This document shows, piece by piece, positions 13,201 through 27,342 of a stretch of 64,000 bases of DNA. The translations under genes were made by a program, and so were the position numbers. Where the stretch lies: positions 806,001 through 870,000 of the forward strand of contig NW_027270966.1 in the NCBI RefSeq assembly GCF_040938485.1, written 5' to 3'. A model generated the notes under the pieces. It was not told where the DNA came from, did no database searches, and worked only from the letters and a program-made list of their open reading frames with translations. Numbering within the stretch: position 1 is the stretch's first letter; every line of letters begins with the position of its first letter. This DNA is from Diadema antillarum (Eukaryota).

Positions 13201-16200
13201 TGTTATCTAATCTGCATAACGTCAACGTACCAAATGCCACTATTTTGGGGGAAAATATTGGAAAGTGGTCAGTTCCATTATTTTTATTTTTGTCAGATTG
13301 GAATAAAGTGAACATTATTTCGTTTGTTAGGGATTGCTTTGATTATCAAAACTCACCAAAAAGTAATCTTGAACATTATCAAAATTTTCACTGGAACACT
13401 TTTCTCTGGTCCTCAAGGATCAACAGTGGGTTGTGTCGAGATTTACGTTACTCTACTTGATCATTCCGATTTGTGTTTAAAGGGATGGTACAGTATTGGT
13501 GGGGATGAGAATTGGGCTTTTAACTTTTTGCGAGATACCAAGAAAGCACTTATGATGTACAATATGTGTATAGTACAGAGCATACCATTTTAAGAGGAAT
13601 TCAAAGTCTATTTGATGAAAATCGGGTTTGGAATGACTGAAACATCAAAAAACAAAGGAAAACAAAGCAATCGTAATAAAGTGTGGGTCCCACACTTTAT
13701 TAGAATCACTCTTTTTTTTGGATATTTCAGCCATTTCAAAACCAATTTTCATCAAATAAACGTTGAATTCCTCATAGAATTACATGCTCTTTCATATTTC
13801 ATAAGAAGTTTCTTATTATTTCAACAAAAAATGTTAGAAACCTGAATATGGGTCTCAACCAAAACTGTACGATCCCTCAAATGGAATGGACATTCTTTTG
13901 CTCTAGGTAGAGTGAGCAAATAGTAATCCAATGTATAAGTACGTCCTGTGTTCACGAAAAGAGAATAGATTCACGCGACAGTTGGTTGAGATCATGCTCC
14001 ATGATTAACAATTGGGGATACAAACAAGTAAACAGAAACAGAACAACAATAACCAAGAAGCAGAAACTGATCGAGTGACGTACGCAGACGTCTGCTATTC
14101 GATGATATTATTTACAGAAGAAAAACAAAATATTGGAATGCTGCTAGCGTGTTTCCTTTTTTCCTTCTATCCGTACGAAGAAAATAAAATAAACCGCATT
14201 TTTTCTTTTTGTTGCTGTTATTGTTTGTGTCTTGTTCTATGTCGTTGCTGTCTTCGTTTGTTTGTGCTTTGTTTTGGGTTTATTTCCCCTCCTACTCCCA
14301 CCTTAAGGAAAAGGCCCGAGGTATTGTCTGACGACCTTTCATTGGCTGTTCTGCTTTCGCTCGAGGACACTTCCTTTGCCGCAAATTATTGTTGCAATGC
14401 CGTTTTCCTTTCTCATGTTTGTGCACATTGTGCGAAACTTGTATAACATATTCTTCCCTCTCTACATCACCCCTCTCTAAAGTGTGTACATTCATGCAGT
14501 AACCTCACATAGTGCCTTGCCCAAGGAAGAGGAAACACTTAATATAATCAAGACGATTAGAAATTTGATTACTATGCATCCGAACATACATGGAAGGGGC
14601 CCGTTACAGTGAAATGAAACTGCATACGTAGCAAGGTATGGGTATACGGCTATTTGATACGTCTGAATGCACTGATTGAGAATTGATGGCTTTTCAGAGG
14701 ATATCATTTCCTTTCTTTGCTGTATGTTGGGTTTGTTTTCAACGACACCTTAGATATTTTGTTGACCACATTTTACTCTCGTAGCTATTCTGAAGTCAAT
14801 AGCTGTGATGAATGTCGGGCTCACAGTATGAAGTGTACTCAGGGCAACAAATGTGTGTCTTCTCTTGGGGTGCTGTTCGTTATTCCGAAGGTTCGATATT
14901 CCGAAGGTTCGTTATTCCGAAGGTTCGTCAATCCGAAACACACAAATTCCCTATACCAAGAGGTTCGTTAATCCGAAAATGAAAAAGGGTTCGTTAATCC
15001 GAACATTTGTGGCGTTTTTCCGAACATTCCTTATTCCGAAGATTTGTTCATCCGAAAATGAAATTCGGAAACACGAACCTTCGGAATAACGAATCTTCGG
15101 ACTGAAGAGCCTTCGGAATAACGAGCTGTAACCCTTCTCTTGTGACCAAATACTTTTATAAATACGTTCATTTCATTAAATCTATTTTGTATATTTCAAG
15201 AAAAACTCATACAGAAATCACATTACAAATACCAAAATAACGAATGATATGAATTAGGTGAAACATTCACCCCAATATATATGACTATCTGGAAATGAAA
15301 GAAAACGCAGCGGTCTGTCGCAGTTGTATTAGTAACTCTATTCTTGGAAAGCATAAGTAATGTGATGAGGCGCATACATAAGTTTGCAAGAGTCATGGGT
15401 CCAAACATCAAGCATACATCTGATGTCTACTAAATACAGAAGTGGACAGAGAGCCAAACGAAAGATCGGGCCGTCGGTTCTGACAGATCAACCACGCAGA
15501 AAATCAACAGTATTAGCTGATGGGTTTTTGTTATAAAACACATTGATTGTAGTCATTTTTTTTTTAAATTTTTATTCGGAATGGAATGCAGTGCAAGCAG
15601 TTTGCTTGCGACACAATGTGATAAAGACTATGTCATTTGCCGAGAAAACTGAGACACAACTCCATAAATACCCCCCCCCCAAAAAAAAAAGAAGAAGAAA
15701 AGAAGCAAAATGTTTTCAGTTTATGAAACTGTTAGACGGCTGTGCTGTGTCTATTATGTCGAACAAGATTTCCCAAGCACGTCTTGACATTTTCATTTTT
15801 TCAGGAAGCTTTTCAATTCCCCATTCCTTTGTTGAAAGACGGGGAAGTGGAATGCATTTGTCCTCAAAATTTATTTATTTATTTATTCATTTTAACTTTG
15901 GAAAAAAAAACAATAACAACAACAGTACGGAAATGGTAAATATTCAATCAGGAAAATACCGACGTGATTGTTGCAGAGGAAACGGTTCCGCAATCTAATT
16001 TTTCCTTCGCAGCCGATCTTTAACAACATGTACACCGTTAAGGCGGTAGAATGTCAAAATTGCATTTTAGATTTGATTCGGGTCAGAAACGTCACAATGT
16101 CGAGTCTGATTCACGCAAACTGGCGGAAGATGAGATCAGGAAATGTCTCGGAGAAGAATTCCTCGCCCCTCCAGGCATGGGTTCGGCTTTGGAAACTCCC

Positions 16201-19200
16201 CAATGGCTTACGTTTCGGCCGAACTCCTCAGTGGAAATAATGTACAGAAAGAGAGATAAACTATGCACCAATATATCATTCTTAATGCTGGACATTTGAG
16301 ATATCTGGGCAAAATCATAACTATTATATTACGCTTGTACCAGCTTATGGATCGTTGCATTCGTAGGGTATTATTCACATATCTTCTTGACACCATACCA
16401 CTCACAAGAGCAGAAACAAACAAACAAACACACAGACGCGCACACGTACACAGACACAGGAGTACCATACACAAGGATAAGCACAAGAAAATTGTATCAT
16501 TGAAACCAAAATTCTTGTGTCACTAAGAGCTCATACGTACCCCAACATGCAGTGCAGCAATATCCTTTCTTAATGGAATCGAATTAAACACTTGACGAAT
16601 TTCCGCATAACCCTACACGCAAAGACCGTCGTTAGACTTGAGAATTAGAATTGGCATTTTCATATAATGACGTCACTATCTGTGACTTCAATGTTAAACT
16701 TGAAGAGAAAAAAAAAATTACAAACAAGAGCAGAGATTGCGCAATCATATTCACGTAATAGCGAGGTCTTGAGATACTTTAAACCATAATTTCCTTCATT
16801 AAAGTGACGACTTTGAGTGTTAATATAGGTGTACATCTTGTCAACACCAGCAATAGTCCGGTGATTATAACGTGCTATCGTATCCCTTTTGACGATTGTG
16901 GTCACTGTCAAAGAAGAAGACGATCATACAGACTCGTACCGTCATGCCACGTCGAGGCATTTCGCAATACATTTGAAAGTAAAAGTACGAGACAATAGTT
17001 TGCTGGCGATGCCGGAATTCATCGTCTACCCGATCTCTCCGACAGCTTCAAGATCGAAAAATCCCCTGGAGAACTTCTTTTTTTCTTTTTTCTTTTTTCG
17101 GCGGTTTTCCTTTTACCCGTAGGTCGGGAAGGGTTGAATGTGGCGATCAAGGCGATGAAGCGACCAAAACAAAGGCTGTATAGGTGAAGAAAACAGATGC
17201 GATTTGCATTGTGAATGCCAAACAAACAAGGTGATTTCTACACTTGGGTTTCGGTCCAAACCGCAGGTGAGGTTTGGCGGGAGCCTCAACCTGAAGTCAA
17301 AAAGGTAGCTGACCTCTCATGTAGCCATTACTTCCAATGTGTTGTGTTGTTGTTCATTCCCTGTCAGTCTATTAAATTGTCTGTTTCTAATTTACTTTAA
17401 CATTAATGTGTGTGGGTTGTTTCCGTTTTTTACATTTTTCAAGCGTGAGCCTCAGGAGTCAAGCCTAGTAGCCTCAGGAAAATCCTGTCAGCTCTTGAAC
17501 AACTGACTAATGGAAGGCATAAATGGAATCTACGTAAAAAAACAAAACAAAAAACAAAACAAAAACAAAACCTTCTTTCATACCAAAAGTAAAAAATCAT
17601 ACCAAACTTATATCTACTGAAGCTTTTTTTAACAAACAACGGTACTGGTTTGATTATGCGAATTATCTAAGCGTAAAAAAGTGTAAAGAGCTAAACATTG
17701 TCATGTGTGATCTGTCTCCGCAAGGATGTACATAAGGAATTTCATTACAAGAAAAATATCAATATCATAAATTCATCGTGCCAAACGTTAATTGATTAAA
17801 CTTTAATTTTAACGTAATTCAAATCCAACCTTTACTTGCATAATATTTTTTAGTTTTCATAGTTATACTATTTGCTTTTAGAATAATTCTATCTCATGAT
17901 AATTATTGGGAAAGCAAGTGTTCATCTGATTATAGCTTGTTGAGACACAATAGGAAAATTAGTGATAATGTTTTATGTGGTCTGTTTTCTGAAAAAAAAA
18001 CCCACAAAAAACATAACACAACCTTAAATTCCCGTTTACAACCACCATGCATATATCCCCTTTCCTTCTTTTCTTTTCTTTCTTTTTTCTCGTTCGTCTC
18101 GGTTCATGGAATACTGGGTCGTGGACGATTATGTAATCGACCTTAGAGATAATTTATTGGGAATGTTCGAACCACTTCCGGGGAAGATACTCATGTTGCT
18201 GAGAAAGGACTTAAAGTCCTGTCCTGCCTCAATTTGACGGAAATGTAATCATATAAGGAAGTTATGATGAAACTGTAAGCGTGATGAAAAGTTCCATTGG
18301 TATCAGCAAAGGGGAACAGTAAAATGCGGTTACCCTGTTGCACTTATCAGGCTTAATGTTTCATTATGATTACAATCATGTAGGTTATATATATCCATCA
18401 TGAATCTACAATAATAATAAAGTATATAAAATCTATAGATGGTATATTATACATCACATAGTATGCATTTTATGTAATATTGGTATAATAATCAAGCGAT
18501 TTCAAAGGACTTAATATTGTAAAATGATGTTTAATCCCCTGCACGCTTGACTGTATCATTCGGTAATATACTATTTCCCTGGTTATATAATTCTTTTTTA
18601 TTCTGTTTTCTTCCATAACTATGTCATGGCAGGCAGAAATTCTTACCGTTTCCTGTGTCTTTTATTCGTTTATTCAATTTTCCTTAGGTTTATAAGAAAC
18701 GCATAGGGTCTATTGTGTGGTAGGAGGGGCCGACTATTGCGTCCATGGAACCATATTACGTGTTCGTGGGTATGTGTGTGTGCGTGTGTGTGTGCTTGTG
18801 TGCATGTGTGTGTTAAGCTTTGAAAGTACGTACCCTGTAATTTGCTTCTCTGAATTCAAATTATCCGTGACATCAGCACTGACTTCAATACGGTGTGCTA
18901 ATGGCTTCATCCTTCCCAGCACCTCAGCAGCCGAGATTATTCCATCGGCATCCTCTTAAACCAATAACAAGATTACTAATCTTTCTCGTGCGAATCTCGA
19001 CGCGTTCCCATAAACTTATTATTCAATAATATTGAAGAACCTAAAGATCGTAAATGGACTTGCCTTATAAGTAGAATGGCACTGTATCAACGCCATAGGT
19101 TTTTTTTTCAGTGCCAATGGAACTCAAAGAAGAGAAAGGGTTCGACTGGAGTAATTTAATCTTCCGATTGATCTTCATGGTGTACACCTCCAAGTGTTAT

Positions 19201-22200
19201 TTGAACGTTTGGAACGACGAATTACAACATTTGCGCTTATTTCGATGATATGTTTGAACTATATCACATGATATCTGGCGGCGACATATTAGCATAGGAG
19301 AGCCTTCACTAATAAATCAGCGCTGATTTCCTTCAGAATACGAATTATATCTGTATTGTATTGATAAACGATTTTAAAACTCATGTACAGGTGGTGGTGC
19401 TATACGTCAGAGACTTTGCCCTTCATTCTCATAATTAATTCATCATTATGTCTTGTACCCTTTACGTTCATTCACGTTCGAGGGAAATGTATGAACTAAA
19501 TGTACATCCACTGCCAAATAGGTTCATGCCTTCAGTGTGTCTGTTGTTTGAATAATGTCCAACACGACGTGTTTGTAAAACTTCAAAATTATATAGTTTT
19601 TCACACAGAGGTCGTTAGCCTACAATAAAGTTTACGTAAGTCTACTGTTATGTGGTATCTATTTATATAAACACTAAACAAAAAGTAAGTTCCCCCTATT
19701 AACCCCTGTAATTAATGAATCGGGAACCTCTAAGGAAATATGAATACAGGATCATGTAGCTGTATTTCGCGGCTACCTTTCATGTGAAATTCAGTGGATA
19801 TCACTAAGTCACGCTTGAGTGAGCATGACTTAAAGTCAAAATGCTCACTCTTTGAAGTTCACAAGCCCAATTTTGCAACTTTGATTTGATGATATCGGAA
19901 TAAATTTCAATTTTCCGGGATAAAAAGGCATGCAACGTATAATTTATGTGCTTCTTATCGTACCATGTGATTTGTGCACAAAATTTCACGGTTGAGTGAA
20001 CACAGGGTGAAAATTACCAAAATGGCCGATTTGACATGTTTCTCGTGGTAATTTATATCCATTCAGATTGAATTCGTGTGTTGAACAGTTTTTACACACA
20101 ATTCACGTAATTTCACGGTTGAATGAGCACATGAAAAACAAAGAAAAATAACAATTCAAATTGTGCAGTAAGAATTGGGATAATTTTGCGCACTGAAATC
20201 AATTGTTTTAATGCTTTTTGTATTGTGTTTAATACCACTGTGCATACAGTGATCACCTGACATTTCAGTCACGCTTCAATGAGCATGTGGGGCTGGAAAA
20301 CCCTTTTTTACCTTATATAATAAAAATAGTCATTGTTTTTTATGTTTTAATTGAAATGTTGGGAAATTACTCTGATTTCAATTATAAAAATAACATTTCG
20401 ATAAAAAATGACGTTGTGAAATGCTTCAGTGAGCACATAAGATAAGCAAAGTGTGCAGGTCAAAACCATTTTCGTGGCTGAAATTCCCATAAGATTTACA
20501 TTTGGTTGGTTTTGAAGATGTGTTCAGCGGTGTTAGTGGATAGAGCCTAAAAAGTGAGTACAGATGCTCCCCAGTCTGTGTTATATTGCCATAACGATCG
20601 CATAATAGTCAACCAACATCTTAAGCAACTATCATCACCATCACAATCATCAACACCACATGAACAACAAAGGCCACTACTCTCCATGCATATTATGTGC
20701 AGCACGGGAGGATATTGATGTTGAACAAAAGTGAAATTTGGTACCATGTCAATGATTAATTGCATTTATTTTCCCTTTGAGTTAATGCATGACTTCATGA
20801 CGTTACAAAGATCAAGAACTTAATGCCAAAATTAGTATTTAGTAGCGAGAACAAAGGCCCGAAGATTTAATTTGCATAATTTCTCATCTCTGCTCCAAAA
20901 AGGGGATTTCATTAAACTAAAGGCAGACCAATTTCCCCACGAACACTTCAATATTTAATCAAAGGTAGCCATGGATTATAAGGAGGGTTTCGGGCACCAT
21001 GTACCCTTTGACGTGTAAAATTTTGAAGGAATGGCAAGGATCACTGAGACATTTATATTGGTCCTAAACGCAATAATGAAATGTTTTTCAGTTGATTTTA
21101 AATGGAGAAGATCAATGCAACACCTGCTGGATGATTTTAATTAGATAAATCATTGTTTCATAATATGGTCATTCAACCGTAAAATAAACCACATTGCATG
21201 CAAAAGCCATTGTTAGCTTTCAAAAGCATAAATTCCTCCTCTTCACATGAACTTACCATGGGGATTATGGCCAAACTGCCAATTTTTCATTATGTAGGTT
21301 AAAAAAAGGTTTTCCAGCCTCACGTGCTTATTGAAGCGTGACTGAAAGGTCAGGTGGTCACTGATATGCGTTTGGGTATTAGCACAATATAAAAAAAAAG
21401 CATCATACAGTTGATTTCAGTGCGCAAAATTATCCCAATTCTGACTGCACAATTTAAATTGTTATTTTTCTTTGTTTTTAATGTGCTCATTCAACCATGA
21501 AATTACGTAAATTGAGTGTAAATACTGTTCAACACACAAATTCAGTCTCAATTGATAGAAATTACCACGAGAAACATGTCAAATCGGCCATTTTGATAAT
21601 TTTCACCCCGTGTTCACTCAACCGTGAAATTTTGTGCACAAGTCACATGGTACGATAAGAAGCACATAAATAATACGTTGCATGTCTTTTTATCCTGGAA
21701 AATTGAAATTTGTTCCGATATCACCAAATCAAAGTTGCAAAATTGGGCTTGTGAACTTCAAAAAGTGAGCATTTTGACCTCAAGTCATGCTCACTCAAGC
21801 GTGACCAAGTAATATCCACTGAATTTCACATGGGTAGCCGAGAAATACAGCTACATGATCCTGTATTCAGATTTCCTCAAAGGTTCCGGATTCATAAAAT
21901 ATAGATGTTTGTTTTAGGGGGAACTTTCTTTTTGTTTAGTGTTTAGATAGATGCAAACTTACTGTGACCAATTCAATGATCCATAATGTCACAACACAGA
22001 CCCTTATTACAGTCTGGAGCATCAACAAGTGACAACAACATGTATGGAATCCTGGAAACTCTTGCCACATCTGGCAGTTTCAAAGACATAAGAAGAATTA
22101 GTTCGAGTTAGTTATACCTAGATGCAAATTTGAAAGGCAGCACAGCATTTAGGTATGTAGAATAGATAGCCATAGGACAACACTGATTTTGACTTACATT

Positions 22201-25200
22201 TCACATTAACTTGTTTTTGTCGGAATTATTGTATCGCATTATTTTACTGATAGAGATGTATACCACTGCATATTTTGTCCATTTATTATACATGGCGTTG
22301 GTAGCACACTCTTCATACGATACATTAGGAGTTCGTGCAACATGTTTTAATGCCCTCGTGGAGTTCATTGCACTCTCAAACGTTAACTGGCAAGCACTGA
22401 TACATTTAACCCATCTGTATCTGACCAGGGACAAATGGATTCTGTCCCGTAAAGTCCTTGTCCCCACTTCTGGCCGGACCGCTAAGCTCTACCTGTAACA
22501 ATCACTGCGCGTGGAGATTCGTTAATTGATAAGTACGATGAAATGATCAGACAAATACTTCCGCTATTCTCCCTTCGACCTTAATGAAGATGAGTCGCTA
22601 ATTGATCTGTCCTCTGCTGGTGTATGCAGAAAGGGGTGGGGGTGGGAGGGTGGGCGGCATGCAGAGCTGAGATGAAGCTGCCAAGTTTTGGAGAGGTGAG
22701 GTCGCGCCTATGTAAGCAGAATGATCCAAGGGGCGGTATGGGGGCTGTCATCATCCCTCAGGGATATGTTCCATATAAACTAATCTGTGTTGTTCTAGTT
22801 GTAATATTTTAAATCTCCACCTACGTTGTCATTATAGACATATGCGTCACTCGGTCTACGTGGGCATCGCTCACCTTGCATAATAATACACCCTTAAAGC
22901 AAAAATGATGGTAACAAGGATAAAAAAAAATGATGACAATGGAACTACACTGAAACAGGGGTGGATATTAACATGTACTTTTTTTTTCTCAGTGTGCTGA
23001 AACTTCTTCCAAGCATTAATTCGATTCGAGCTTCATCTTTCTATGCTTTCACCTGTAATAAACATATCATATTATACTATCAATTCCTTCGTGCATATAA
23101 AGCATAACGAATTTGTATATCTGTAATATATATAAGTACATATTATTTATATGCATAAAATATATACATAATACACTAATATGTACTGATGTATTACAGA
23201 TATGCAAATGCTCTATTCACGAATGATATATTGGTAGTATCATATGATATGTTATTACCTATTTTTTATGATTATATAATTTTATATATGCACACATGCG
23301 GATACATGGGTATATTAACTCTGTGCTCGCGTATGTGTATATCGGTTTGTCTTCTCTCCTAAGTATGATCCCCACAATGATCACCATCTTTAGCTCTGCA
23401 ACAACCCCTTTCTTGCTTTCCATTCATCGATACACAGGGCGACAGTACTGCACGTTTAACAACGCCCTGCAGTGCCATCCGACCATCGTGGCACAATCGC
23501 CATCGGGGGTCGACCAGCAGGGATGGAAAATATACAGAGCTCCAAAGAGCAAAGGTAAGACCTCTTCATCATCCGGTTCCTTTAACCCATTTAAGGATCA
23601 GCACCTAAAAACTCTCATTGACATTTTATGCAGCATGGTTTTCAGTGATTGTGAAAGGTTAGAATCTTTTCCGCTATAAAATTCTTCTTTCTCAGATCAG
23701 TTCGAATGACAAGATTTTTCTGTATTTTTCGTTAATATTTATACTTTTACCTGTGTTGCTTTTTTCTTAAGAATCCAAAAGATGCCAAAGGATTTGATGA
23801 GTAGAAAGTGATATTGAATATTCTACAATATGGATCATTATACGTCGATTGATTGTTTTTTTTTTTGTTATGGGACCATTTTATTCATTATGATAAACGA
23901 ACATTTATTCGGAATCAAAAGTGGTTGTTGTCACATTGCTTACAGAGGTTTTGGCAATCGCAAATGAAAGGAAATCAAGATAAGAATCAACTGGGTATTG
24001 TGTCGCTAAGTGGACTTGTTTTGGTTGTTATTGGTGATGTTTTAGAATGGATGCAGCATGATGAGAAGTAATCGTCGAAGTGGCTGGAACCAAATTATCC
24101 ATTTTCCTTATCGCCCCTATAAGGCGTCTATGCAAGATAACCTAGGAACTTTGACAAATTTTACAAATATTGATGGCGTGCTGCGTTTCCTGTGCAGAGT
24201 GTCCAAGTTCTTTGTCGTGTCAGGTCGCTGCTCATTTTCCTGGGTGCGAGGTTGTATAATCTGAGATTACGGAAGCAGGAAAGCGCCTCGAGGGGTCAAA
24301 AGAATGTGTTGGCGCACGTTCTCCTCTCTTCAGTCTAGTCAAACACAATCAGGGATGAGACGGGATGTCACCGGATGGTTTCAATTGAGACGAACTAGAA
24401 ATGACTTTCTCTATTATCTGTGGGTGGGATGAAGCTATGACTCAATGTCTTCATCGTGGTCTTTTTTTCTATCTTGTTACTTTCTCTTATATGTTTCATG
24501 TGTGAGAGGATTATCTTACATTTTCCGCCGTGAATTATATTCTGTATGTCCCACACGGCCGTCGTCAGCTCAACTACATGTGACATTTTCTCGTGGAACA
24601 AAGTGATTAAATCCACTCAAACTGACAAAACGTGTATATCTGATAGCCGCGACTGCAGTACAACTTCATCAACTCTTCTAAAGCTTGTACAGGTGGCCGT
24701 GCTAGGCGGGCATCAACGATAAGTCTGTCCTAATTGGGGGGAAGGAGAATAATTGTCGGAGTGGGACCAAAATTGATTCGAGATACACACATCCCAAGGG
24801 TGATTACAGGGCTGGCCGCTAGCTGCAGTGCCCTGGAATAGATTAGAACTTTGCGGCGACATGTGCATACACCTGCACTTTGTAACCCTTTGTTTCCCAT
24901 CGAATTATTATCTACTCTCTCATTGTAATTTGTTACAGTAAAAACAAAGCAACGATGTCTTTTCCCATCAAAAAGATACTCTCATTTTGAATTCCATTAT
25001 ACTTGAGCGTAACGCGTTTGATGTTGACTCAGTTTACGTACATTAAGTAAGCTCTTGAATGGGTTTCATCTTTTATCATTATTATCCAGTACGAAAGGAA
25101 GGAACTCTTAGGATGGTCTCGAGCTGACAAACATACTAGATAATCGGCAACGCAATTACAAAGACGTATCATATAGCAATTACATTGACGTAGCCATGAA

Positions 25201-27289
25201 AACATTTAAGGTTTTACTATATNNNNNNNNNNNNNNNNNNNNNNNNNNNNNNNNNNNNNNNNNNNNNNNNNNNNNNNNNNNNNNNNNNNNNNNNNNNNNN
25301 NNNNNNNNNNNNNNNNNNNNNNNNNNNNNNNNNNNNNNNNNNNNNNNNNNNNNNNNNNNNNNNNNNNNNNNNNNNNNNNNNNNNNNNNNNGGCACCCCGA
25401 ATGAACTAGATAATTGATATTCAATGGTCTCGCTCACTGAAAGAGATAGTTGTTATATATCCCATTGAAATTCGAACCAGATTACTACGCCGGGATCACG
25501 TGCACGTATCGATGCTGGCAGAGCATCCGGATATTTGCCAACATGCACGCCTCCAGCCGAGTGGCGACTCTCTCTTTTTACTATTACATCTGGGAGACCA
25601 AGACGAAATCGAACGACGGTCTGCTACCAGAGATACGTATCAGAGGTAATCATGAAAACGATTTACACCCAAGACCAGAATTTCTGTTTGTTTGTTTGTT
25701 TGTTTGTTTGTTTGTTGTTTGTTTGTTTTCAAGCTACTACGCTAAAATGATAATGACACGTGGATAACAATGTACTGGTATATCATAATTCGTCGATGCT
25801 GTTGTCGTAAATGAAGTAGATTATGACAGTGATGGTAACAAATTCGACCATAACCATTCAATCTAAAGGGATGGTACAGTATTGGTGGAGATGAGAACTG
25901 GGCTTTTAACTTTTTGCGAGATACCAAGAAAACACTTATGATATAGTACAGAGCATACCATTTTAAGAGGAATTCAAAGTTTATTTGATGAAAATGGGGT
26001 TTCGAATGACTGAAACATCCAAAAACAAAGTAAAACAAAGTGATTGCAATAAAGTGTGGGTCCCACACTTTATTAGAATCACTCCTTTTTGGATATCTCA
26101 ACCATTTCAAAACCAATTTTCATCAAATAAACGTTGAATTCCTCATAGAATTACATGCTCTTTCATATTTCATAAGAGGTTTCTCATTATCTCACCAAAA
26201 AATGTTAGAAACCTGAAATTATGTCTCAACCAAAACTATACGATTTAAAAAAAAAATCTTTATCTTCATCTTTACTGCTTGCAAACTTGCTCTTGTTTGT
26301 GTTATTCTAAGAGCGTCATACGAAAAAAAAAAGATCGTTGTGACTTATCTTCACTCCAATTCGTAGCAAGATAGGCCTAATCATGTTCATTGGGTGTTTA
26401 TCTTTCCGTCTGCTTTCTACGGTAGATCGTGAAGTCGTGAATTTAATCTTCTGGAACAGTAATTTGGGATCATCATGTAGAATTCATCGTATGGAAAACT
26501 GAAGGAAGGGAAAACTAAGATTATTAAAGATAGTTGTTGAATTAATGGGGGGGGGGGGGTATAGAGAAGCGTTGTTTGCAGGTATTCCATCACGTGCTTT
26601 AAATATTTAGAGTCAATAATGTATACCCTTCCATTATATGCGGGAATTTCAGTGATTTTGGGAGGATATCGCATAGCATTGATTGTTCGGACTTTGAACT
26701 TGCTGTAAAATACGTATTCACCGTTGTTTGATGTTATTTTCATCCCCAATTTTAATGATCCTTGGTCATCTATTAAGGCTGCCAAAACAAGGAGCTATGG
26801 AGATCGACAAACCAGCCCATGTCTGAGGAAAACGGAGAGTGGGTAGGCGTGGTTCTACCAATCCAGTGTGCCGATACGTTTAGTGTGAGTATCTTTATGT
26901 CCATAGATCATACATGGTGGCCGTGCGTAAGGTTAAATGCCGTGGTTTTGGGAATGCATTACAGACGATGTATATTTGCCAACACGTTATCATTCATGTG
27001 TGTTTGTTCAGCGAACAGAAACGTTGGAAACCAGTGAAGACTGTTTAATCTATTTATTTATTTATTTGGATGCGGTATAGAAAGTCGCACGGAAAGACGA
27101 ATTACATTGGAAAAACATTACGCACGATGTGAGAGGTATATCCTCCTTAAAGAATCATTCTTTAAGGCGTCAAGATCACTCGCGTTCTGTTGACAGTTTT
27201 CGACTGTAGATAAAGAATGTTGTCATGAAACATTCCTCCATGTTGACACATGCGTATACATCCAAAACCATTAAAATCGTTACCAGTCG

Positions 27290-27342
<53 letters not shown>

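Noticed and set aside
14012-14446. 144-aa ORF containing ITIM-like VTYADV
   Set aside because: Intronic, low-complexity T- and A-rich sequence, no compatible splice sites, and it lies upstream of the extracellular exons, so it is likely chance.
14868-15134. Tandem repeat array superficially resembling a CRISPR array
   Set aside because: Units are contiguous with no unique spacers, invert at the two ends, are bounded by an 8-bp TSD, and there are no cas genes in this eukaryotic context.
17123-17183. Possible extra exon (strong pyrimidine tract, REGLNVAIKAMKRPKQRLY)
   Set aside because: Phase 1-2; including it would frameshift exon 2 and I found no compensating exon. It could still be a poison or non-coding exon.
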